Shown here in pieces: positions 16,705 to 23,313 of a stretch of DNA of 49,033 nucleotides; the first letter of the stretch is position 1; each line of letters starts with the position of its first letter. A program made the position numbers and the translations under genes. Below the pieces are notes generated by a model. That model saw nothing but the letters and a program-made list of their open reading frames with translations. It did no database searches and was not told the origin of the DNA. This DNA comes from a virus (Duplodnaviria; Caudoviricetes), in IMG/VR virus record IMGVR_UViG_3300038393_000759, positions 1 through 49,033 of that record, one strand, 5' to 3'.

Positions 16705-17868
16705 ATGGCGTTCAGCCCGTCGAGCCTGTTCACGGGCGGAATTGCCGGCGCCTGGTACGATCCTTCCGACCTTTCGACGCTGTTTCAGGACACCGCGGGC
16801 ACGGTCCCCGTCACGACCGCTGGCCAGTCGGTCGCGCGGATCAACGACAAGAGCGGCAACGGGCTCAATCTCACGCAGGCGACTGCGGCCAACCAGCCGA
16901 CCTATCAGGTCGACGGCAGCGGAAATCCCTATCTCAGCTTCGACGGCGTCAATGACCGGCTGACCAGTTCTACGGCGATCTCTGGAAACACGCAGAGCAT
17001 AGGCTGCGCCTGTCTGCCTACCAATGGCGGGAATCAGGTGTGGGCCGTCTCGGTCAGTAGCAGCGACAGATCAGCCTTGCGCTGCTCCACCACGGCCAAC
17101 AGTTCGCTAATCGCCTGGCACAATGGCACTTCGGCGATCGGCAAATCCGTCACCGGCATCAACACCGCGCAGGTGCTGCTGGCGACCGTCGACAAGGTAA
17201 CGCCTGCCGTCACGCTGCGGATGAACGCGGTCGATGAAAGCGGCACGACCAACCTCACCCCATCGGCCACGGTCGGCAGCGCGTTGGGATCAAACACCGC
17301 CGCCAGCACGAACTTCTTTGCCGGCAACTTCTATGGCCTCGTTCATGTCGCCAAGGCGCTTTCCGTCTCGGAGCGCGCGAACCTCGAGGGCTGGCTAGGC
17401 GCGAAGTGCGGGGTCAGCGGGCTCGGGCCGGCTGTCGGCACATCGGCCGGATCAGCGGCCGTCTCCGGTGTCGGCAAGGCCAAGGCGAGCGGAGCAGGCA
17501 GCTCGGCGGGGGCGGCGGCGGTCTCTGGCGTCGGGAAGGCGACGGCAAGCGCTGCCGGTTCATCCGCCGGCGTGGCCAGCGTATCGGGCGTCGCCTTGGC
17601 GCGCTACTCGGCCATCGGCTCTGCAGCTGGTGCTGGAAGCGCATCCGGAGTCGGAAAGGCGATGCTCAAGGCCGCCGGATCCTCGGCAGGCGCCGCCGCT
17701 GCGAGCGGGGTAGGGAAAGCGCGCTGCGTTGCTATTGGAACCGCGTCGGGCAGTGGGTTCGCCGCGGGCGTCGGACACATCTGGTTCGGGCCTTTGGGGA
17801 AGAGCGTGATCGTGAAGCGCTACAACTTCTCGCATGGCTCGTGGCCGCCCCGTTCAACTTTCGGCTGA
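16705..17868 (+). CDS. Fibre protein with LamG/concanavalin-like domain and G/A/S-rich 20-aa repeats
   Basis: WYDPSDLSTLFQD...DKSGNG...FDGVND; six repeats such as AGSSAGAAAVSGVGKA. Confidence 0.7.
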   Translation: MAFSPSSLFTGGIAGAWYDPSDLSTLFQDTAGTVPVTTAGQSVARINDKSGNGLNLTQATAANQPTYQVDGSGNPYLSFDGVNDRLTSSTAISGNTQSIGCACLPTNGGNQVWAVSVSSSDRSALRCSTTANSSLIAWHNGTSAIGKSVTGINTAQVLLATVDKVTPAVTLRMNAVDESGTTNLTPSATVGSALGSNTAASTNFFAGNFYGLVHVAKALSVSERANLEGWLGAKCGVSGLGPAVGTSAGSAAVSGVGKAKASGAGSSAGAAAVSGVGKATASAAGSSAGVASVSGVALARYSAIGSAAGAGSASGVGKAMLKAAGSSAGAAAASGVGKARCVAIGTASGSGFAAGVGHIWFGPLGKSVIVKRYNFSHGSWPPRSTFG

Positions 17869-17872
17869 CCGT

Positions 17873-17907
17873 CGGCACTACAGCCATGAAAGGCTGTGTC
17901 GTATCGT
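17873..17907 (+). promoter_or_regulatory. Variant late promoter CGGCACTACAGC-N17-TATCGT
   Basis: CTACAGC core, exact 17-nt spacer, TAnnnT, ATG 7 nt later (17915). Confidence 0.55.
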
Positions 17908-17918
17908 CGACGTAATGA

Positions 17919-18281
17919 GCGCGGAGGCTCGGCCTCCAAGGTCTGAAGAAGTGCGGCGAGTGCCGCAAGCAATTCACGGTCAAGGTCGGCACCGTGTTCG
18001 AACATGGCCGTATGCCGCTCAACAAGATGCTCCAGGCCGTCTACCTCATGACCTGCAGCAAGAAGGGCATTTCGGCCCATCAGCTGCATCGCGTCCTAGA
18101 GATCAGCTACAAGGCCGCGTGGTTCCTTGAGCATCGTATCCGCGAGGCCATGCGCGTCGGCGATCTCACGCCCTTCGGCGGTGAGGGTGGCGTTGTCGAA
18201 GTGGACGAGACGTTTTTTGGCCGCCGTGAGGGCGTCGCCAAACCGCGTGGCGGCACTCGGCACACGACTCCCCGGGCCTAG
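17919..18281 (+). pseudogene. IS1595-family transposase fragment
   Basis: KCGECRKQFTVKVGTVFE...SKKGISAHQLHR...YKAAWFL.HRIREAM...VVEVDETF; lacks the N-terminus and stops just after the first catalytic Asp. Confidence 0.85.
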
Positions 18282-18314
18282 CATTGACCCGCAATTCGAC
18301 GCGGAGGAGACAAA

Positions 18315-18593
18315 ATGCGAGTTCTTGCAAGGGCTTACAAGGATCAGCCGCTTGATCGCATTCTTGTGGGAGAGAATGCGCGCGTCTTCTACATCGCCAA
18401 TCCATCCACCGTTAGTTCCACAGGACGATGCACATCCGGAGGGGTCGGATTCCCGAAGGCCTGCGTTTTCAACTTCGATTCCACGCTGTTCGAGTCGCTC
18501 GACGAAGCATGGCAGCGGGGCGACACCGAAACGTTGGCGAGCCTGTGGCGCGAGGCGACACCGTATCGCAGCGATGATAAGATCGCCGCGTGA
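18315..18593 (+). CDS. Hypothetical protein (IS passenger)
   Basis: SD GGAGG, 92 aa. Confidence 0.65.
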   Translation: MRVLARAYKDQPLDRILVGENARVFYIANPSTVSSTGRCTSGGVGFPKACVFNFDSTLFESLDEAWQRGDTETLASLWREATPYRSDDKIAA

Positions 18594-18724
18594 CGCAGAA
18601 AGAAACCCAATCCGACAAGTTCAAACAGGCCGCCCGCGAGCATGATGCGGACGAAGATGAAGGCCGTTGGGAAGAGCGGCTAAAGAAGATCGCTAAGCAG
18701 CGCGTGGTCCCGAAGGCGGACTAA
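18590..18724 (+). CDS. Small hypothetical protein (44 aa, QSDKFKQAARE...DEDEGRWEERLKKIAK)
   Basis: GTGA coupling; translated by hand, not in the ORF track. Confidence 0.55.
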   Translation: MTQKETQSDKFKQAAREHDADEDEGRWEERLKKIAKQRVVPKAD

Positions 18725-18731
18725 CCTGAGC

Positions 18732-18911
18732 TTACGCCTTGTGCGGCTCCAGCTTGGCGACCATGCGGCCATGATCCCATAGTTCGCAAGGAACGGGCAA
18801 TTTCAGGTCGCGGGCTTGCCGAATTGCCTCTTCATCGGAGGCCGCCTCGATCTCATGCGACTTGGTAAATGTGCCCGCGTCGCTGAGACAATAGAGCCGA
18901 TACTCGCCCAT
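18732..18911 (-). CDS. Small hypothetical protein (YRLYCL...IEAASDEEAI...ELW)
   Basis: Antisense-oriented ORF within the IS remnant. Confidence 0.6.
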   Translation of the reverse strand: MGEYRLYCLSDAGTFTKSHEIEAASDEEAIRQARDLKLPVPCELWDHGRMVAKLEPHKA

Positions 18912-19099
18912 ACCCCAACGCCCACGTTTAAGTCGCCTTCGCGACATTCGTTACGCAGCCGATTTTTTGAAATCAAGCACCTGGATTAAATGGTGGGTGT
19001 GTAAAAGCCACAATCCCCTCTCCAGTCCCGCAATGTGGCCGCATGTGCAGCGCTTTCGCGCTCGAAGTCAGGCGTTTGCGACCATCGCTGCGCTGTCCC

Positions 19100-19133
19100 G
19101 AACCTACAGCGACGAAGAGCGGCGGGCTAATTT
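19100..19133 (+). promoter_or_regulatory. Late promoter module 5: GAACCTACAGC-N17-TAATTT
   Basis: Exact motif; ATG 19141 lies 7 nt after the -10. Confidence 0.85.
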
Positions 19134-19140
19134 CTCCGGC

Positions 19141-19908
19141 ATGCTGAACTGGCCTGCCAAAGATCCGGACGCCGTTCTCGATTACAAATATCGAATCCCG
19201 CTCGACGCCGGCGACAGCGTAACCAGCGCCACGCCGTGGGTGACGCGCATCGGCGGCACGGTGAACATCGACAGCCAGAGCCTCGCCAGCGCTCCGGACA
19301 CGACAGCTGACGGCTACGGCCAAGACGTCACGGTCTGGCTCTCCGGCGGCGCCAACGGAGAGACGGCCGTGTTCCGGGTCGCCTGGTCAACGGCCGGCGG
19401 CCGGACAAACGACGACATCGTCACGCTCAACGTCATCGAGAGCGACGTCACCGAGCCGCTCGCACTCACCGGTTATGTGAAGCCTGCTCCGGCGCATCTG
19501 ATCGCGCGCTATCCCGCTTTCAGCGCCGTTCCGATCTCGACCATTCAATACTGGCTGACGGATGCCGAGCGCTCGATCGATACGAGCTGGAGCGAAGGTG
19601 ATTATGCGGCCGGGCTGATGGCGCTCGCAGCGCACAACATGGCGCTTGCCGGCCTTGGCACGGACGGAGCATCGCTGACCGGCGTTCCAGGCGGCATCAC
19701 GCGCATGCGCTCCGGCTCGCTCGACCTGAGCTTCACGAATGAGGCCGCGAATGCGCGCCTCAACGGCGGCTTGGTGGCGACCCGCTACGGGCAGGAATAC
19801 CAGCAGCTCCTGAGCCGGAATCGCGGTGGCGCTCGCGTTACTGACACAGGCGCTTGGCCGGTTGAGGACTTCTGGCCGTATTCCGGCGTTTACGGCTGGC
19901 CGCAATGA
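19141..19908 (+). CDS. Head-tail adaptor (DUF4054-like) fused to an N-terminal KDPDAVLDY adaptor domain
   Basis: RYPAF...ALAAH.M...SGSL..S...TRYGQEY motifs; start set by the promoter module. Confidence 0.75.
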   Translation: MLNWPAKDPDAVLDYKYRIPLDAGDSVTSATPWVTRIGGTVNIDSQSLASAPDTTADGYGQDVTVWLSGGANGETAVFRVAWSTAGGRTNDDIVTLNVIESDVTEPLALTGYVKPAPAHLIARYPAFSAVPISTIQYWLTDAERSIDTSWSEGDYAAGLMALAAHNMALAGLGTDGASLTGVPGGITRMRSGSLDLSFTNEAANARLNGGLVATRYGQEYQQLLSRNRGGARVTDTGAWPVEDFWPYSGVYGWPQ

Positions 19909-20279
19909 CGTCGCTGCTCGACGGCGGCATCGCGAGCACGTTCGCATCGGCATTCGGCTCGATGTTCCTCACAGCGAAGCTCTATCGACCGAATGCGTTC
20001 ACCGACGACGGGATGGGTGGAGGTTCAGGCTCTGGCTTCGATAGTGGAACCCTCATCAGGGCGCAGCTCGACGAGGCAAGCCAAGCCATGATGGCGGCCG
20101 ACGGCTATGCCGAAACGGACCAGCGCATCCTCGTGCTTGCCAGCGGCGTCGATCCGATCACGACGGATTGCGAAATCGAGCTGCCCGTAGGCGGAACGCG
20201 CTGGTCGATCGCCAGCGTCACTCAGGATCCGGCGCGCGCCTATTATGATCTCAGAGGACGGAAGAAGAGCGGTGCCTAG
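19905..20279 (+). CDS. Head closure/joining protein
   Basis: Position; D.RILVL, W.I.SV..DPA.A.Y. Confidence 0.65.
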   Translation: MTSLLDGGIASTFASAFGSMFLTAKLYRPNAFTDDGMGGGSGSGFDSGTLIRAQLDEASQAMMAADGYAETDQRILVLASGVDPITTDCEIELPVGGTRWSIASVTQDPARAYYDLRGRKKSGA

Positions 20280-20679
20280 GATCACCGGCGCGGATCGTGT
20301 CTCGGCACGGCTATCTGCGGGCCTGGACGCCAGCGCGATCACGCGCGTCGGGCAAGCGCTTTTCGCTGGCGGGGAGGCTATCAGGGCGGAAGCTGCTCAC
20401 CTGATCACCGAAGGCGCGGTCAGCGGCAAGAATCACGTCCCCTCATTGCCCGGAGAGCCGCCGAACGAGGACACCGGCGTGCTGCGCACGAACATCGAGA
20501 CGACGCAAGTCGCGCCGCTTCGCGTAGAAGTCTCGAGCAACGCGCCCTATGCCGTCGCTCTCGAGGCCGGAACGTCGAAGATGGCGCCGCGGCCGTACAT
20601 GGCGCCGGCGACGGAGCATAAGCGCAAGGAAGTCGTCGAGCTGGTCCGCCAAGCCGTGAGAGCTGTTGTCAAAAGTTAG
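20272..20679 (+). CDS. HK97 gp10-like neck protein
   Basis: SLPGEPPNEDTGVLR.NI, APYAVALE.GTSKMAPRPYM.PA. Confidence 0.8.
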   Translation: MPRITGADRVSARLSAGLDASAITRVGQALFAGGEAIRAEAAHLITEGAVSGKNHVPSLPGEPPNEDTGVLRTNIETTQVAPLRVEVSSNAPYAVALEAGTSKMAPRPYMAPATEHKRKEVVELVRQAVRAVVKS

Positions 20680-20713
20680 GAACCTACAGCGGCGGGGCCG
20701 TGCGCCATATCAT
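20680..20713 (+). promoter_or_regulatory. Late promoter module 6: GAACCTACAGC-N17-TATCAT
   Basis: Exact motif directly after the TAG stop. Confidence 0.85.
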
Positions 20714-20751
20714 CGCGCCAGCGCACTTTCGCCGCATGAAGGACACAACCA

Positions 20752-21261
20752 ATGCCAGGCGTATCAGCAACGATCGACCTCCACATCCGCGCGAAGCAGG
20801 AAGGGACGGCTGGCCTCGGCACGCCGCAGATCCTTGTCGACGTCGAAGCGCAGCGCAATTTCGACGAAGGCACGGCGACCGTCGATCAGACAAACGTGCT
20901 CTATCAGGCGACACGGACCCTCGCCGCTTCGACCGGCGAAGACCTCGACCTCGCCGGCGTCCTAGCTGACGCGCTCGGAGCGACCATTGCCGCTGCCGAA
21001 GTCACGGCCATCTATATCGAGGCTCACGGAGCCAACACGAACGACGTCGTCGTCACCCGCGCCGCGACGAACGGCGTTCCGATCTTCCTCCTGGCCAGTG
21101 GCGGCGTGAATGTCGGGCCGGGCGACTTCTTCCTCCTGACGAACAGGAAGGGCATCACGGTCACGGCCGCGACTGGCGATCTCCTGCATGTCGCCAACGG
21201 CGGGGCCGGCTCGAGCGTCACTTACGACGTGGTCGTGATCGGGCGGACGGTCGCGGCCTAA
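20752..21261 (+). CDS. Putative virion structural protein
   Basis: Beta-rich, 169 aa, neck region; SD GAAGGA. Confidence 0.65.
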   Translation: MPGVSATIDLHIRAKQEGTAGLGTPQILVDVEAQRNFDEGTATVDQTNVLYQATRTLAASTGEDLDLAGVLADALGATIAAAEVTAIYIEAHGANTNDVVVTRAATNGVPIFLLASGGVNVGPGDFFLLTNRKGITVTAATGDLLHVANGGAGSSVTYDVVVIGRTVAA

Positions 21262-21611
21262 TGCCGGGAGACGCCAAGCCGCGCTGGATCACTGTCCGAA
21301 AACCGTTCGACTATCATTGGCCCGGCCGAGCGGCGATCACGGCATTCTCGAAGAACGATCTCGGCGAGCATCATGTGAAGGCGGAAGTCGCTGACTTCGC
21401 CGTCGAAAACGGCTATGCCACTGAAGGCAAGGTCGATCGCTCGGCGCGCTCCAAGAAGGGCAGGAGCGCGAAGCCGAGCCCCCGAGCCGCGCAGGAGACA
21501 AAGGCTGCAGAAACCGCCGACGCTTCACCAGCAGAAGTCGTGGATAACGCGGACGCTGCTGACGCTGATCGCCCCGCTGACGGGGCGGCAGTGGATAATG
21601 ACGCCGGCTAA
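21261..21611 (+). CDS. Hypothetical protein
   Basis: TAATG coupling. Confidence 0.6.
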   Translation: MPGDAKPRWITVRKPFDYHWPGRAAITAFSKNDLGEHHVKAEVADFAVENGYATEGKVDRSARSKKGRSAKPSPRAAQETKAAETADASPAEVVDNADAADADRPADGAAVDNDAG

Positions 21612-21619
21612 CGAGAACG

Positions 21620-22045
21620 ATGCCGCGGCCGCTCCAGAGCCTGCGTCTCCGTCAGGCGATCGTCACGTCTCTTAGGGCCGACGCCGCCCTCAACGCGCTC
21701 GGCGACCCGCCACTCAACAGCGATCCCGCTAATGTACGCATCTATGGCCGCCGTAGCCCCGCGACGCTCATCTGGCCGTTTCTGCGCGTCAATCTTGCGT
21801 TCGAAGGACCGCTGAGGCTCGGGACCAGCGTCCGTTTGACCGTCCACAGCTTCTCGAATGCTACCTTCGATGACGAATGCGAGACGCTGAACGCAAGCAT
21901 CCAGACGGCGCTTGAGGACGCGGTTCTTGAGCTGTCGCCCGCCGTCACAGCGCGGCTGGCGTGGCTCTCCTCGCAAGTCGTTCCAGACGCTGCGGAAGCC
22001 GACGCCTGGCACGGCATCAATTCGTTCGACGCGGCCATCGGCTGA
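21620..22045 (+). CDS. Tail terminator (DUF3168-like)
   Basis: LRQAIV..LRADAAL, P....WPF, H.FS, WHG; precedes the tail tube gene. Confidence 0.75.
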   Translation: MPRPLQSLRLRQAIVTSLRADAALNALGDPPLNSDPANVRIYGRRSPATLIWPFLRVNLAFEGPLRLGTSVRLTVHSFSNATFDDECETLNASIQTALEDAVLELSPAVTARLAWLSSQVVPDAAEADAWHGINSFDAAIG

Positions 22046-22046
22046 C

Positions 22047-22080
22047 GAACCTACAGCGACGCTTGGCCCGCCGCTACATT
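22047..22080 (+). promoter_or_regulatory. Late promoter module 7: GAACCTACAGC-N17-TACATT
   Basis: Exact motif 1 nt after the TGA stop. Confidence 0.85.
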
Positions 22081-22137
22081 CCAGAGCCATGATCATGTCG
22101 CTCTTGAAGCGGCGAAGCGCTCAGATGGAGGCCGAGA

Positions 22138-22584
22138 ATGGCGCAGCCTGACATTATCCGCGGCACATATTTCGTGCTCGGCGCCGGTGATGGCGGCTCT
22201 CCAGAGACGTTCACCGCGCTCTGCGGCATCACGACGCGGAATTTCACGCATGCGCATGGCACGACCGACCAATATACGCGCGACTGCGCCGCTCCTGAAG
22301 ACGTCCCCGTCCGCCGCTTGATCGTCACCGGCGAGAGCTGGAGCCTCAGCGGCAACGGTGTCCTCAACCGCGCCAACCTCTCCACGATCCAGGGCCTCGA
22401 CGACGGCCAGACCCACAACTTCCGCTTCTATTTCACGGAACCCTCGACCGACCTCGTCTTCCAAGGGCATTATGAAGGCCCAGGCATCATCACGAGCCTG
22501 CAAATCACGGGCGACGACAACAATTACGCTCAGCTGTCGCTCAACATCGAGTCCGACGGCGCGTGGGCTTGGACGACCACCTAA
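22138..22584 (+). CDS. Major tail tube protein (GTA-like)
   Basis: GDGGSPETFTALCG, DC..P, SLSGNG, SDG; SD GGAGG. Confidence 0.85.
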   Translation: MAQPDIIRGTYFVLGAGDGGSPETFTALCGITTRNFTHAHGTTDQYTRDCAAPEDVPVRRLIVTGESWSLSGNGVLNRANLSTIQGLDDGQTHNFRFYFTEPSTDLVFQGHYEGPGIITSLQITGDDNNYAQLSLNIESDGAWAWTTT

Positions 22585-22589
22585 GCCCC

Positions 22590-23039
22590 ATGACGTCCAA
22601 CAGCATCGATCTCGAATTCGGGGACGGCCAATACACGTTCGCCCTGCCGCTCGTTCAGATCAACGAGCTCCAGCGCAAGACAGGCGTCGGCATCGGCGGC
22701 CTCTATGCGAGGACGTTGAAAGGGGTGACGCGCGTTGGCGATCAGCTGATGCTCGTTCCCGGCACTGCGGAATTCTACGCGCTCGACGTCATCGAGACGA
22801 TCCGCCACGGCCTCATGGGCGGCGAGAAGGGCACCGTCAACGGCGAAGAGATCAAGGTGACGCCGCTGGTCGCCAACAAGCTCGTCGACGCCTATGTCCT
22901 CGGCCGCCCGCTCATCGAGGCATGGAACACGGCGGTTTCCGTCCTTCACGCCTGCATCATGGGCTTCGAACCGCCAAAAAAAGCGGAGCCCGCCGCGGAG
23001 CGGGCGCCAAGCAAGCGCAAGAGGAAGAAGGCCGCCTAG
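22590..23039 (+). CDS. Tail assembly chaperone (GTA gp10-like)
   Basis: FGDG.YTFAL...ELQ...G.G, ETIR.GL.GG; between the tube and tape measure genes. Confidence 0.8.
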   Translation: MTSNSIDLEFGDGQYTFALPLVQINELQRKTGVGIGGLYARTLKGVTRVGDQLMLVPGTAEFYALDVIETIRHGLMGGEKGTVNGEEIKVTPLVANKLVDAYVLGRPLIEAWNTAVSVLHACIMGFEPPKKAEPAAERAPSKRKRKKAA

Positions 23040-23266
23040 ATTACGGCCGCGCGCTGGCCAACTGCGCGATGATGAACATCCCGCCGAGCGAGGCCCGACA
23101 GCTCTCCCTCTACGACTACGAGAGCATGCTGTGGAACTGGAACGACGCGCAGGGCAGCGATGATGGCGGCTATCCGGATCCTGAGCGAACTGAGGCGCTT
23201 ATTGCTCGGATCAATGCGGATCCAAGCCTGACCGGCCCCACTCCAGCGCCGGAGAGCGTTAACTAG
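22976..23266 (+). CDS. Tail assembly chaperone -1 frameshift extension (gpGT-like)
   Basis: A-AAA-AAA slip site 22976-22982, hairpin GCCCGC/GCGGGC 22988-23005, open -1 frame to 23266. Confidence 0.7.
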   Translation, partial: KKSGARRGAGAKQAQEEEGRLDYGRALANCAMMNIPPSEARQLSLYDYESMLWNWNDAQGSDDGGYPDPERTEALIARINADPSLTGPTPAPESVN

Positions 23267-23271
23267 GCTCC

Positions 23272-23305
23272 GAACCTACAGCCGCTCCGGCCCGCTCCAT
23301 ACACT
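23272..23305 (+). promoter_or_regulatory. Late promoter module 8: GAACCTACAGC-N17-TACACT
   Basis: Exact motif; tape measure ATG 8 nt after the -10. Confidence 0.85.
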
Positions 23306-23313
23306 CTGCCCTC

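Larger units (their letters stand above)
17919..19017 (+). mobile_element. Decayed IS1595-family element with passenger ORFs
   Basis: Truncated transposase; small passenger ORFs; GTGTGTAAAAGCCACAATCCC at 18997-19017 resembles an IS1595 right end; no matching left end seen. Confidence 0.6.

Noticed and set aside
18967-19140. N-terminal extension of the adaptor ORF from TTG 18967
   Set aside because: Runs through the IS end and promoter module 5; ATG 19141 fits better
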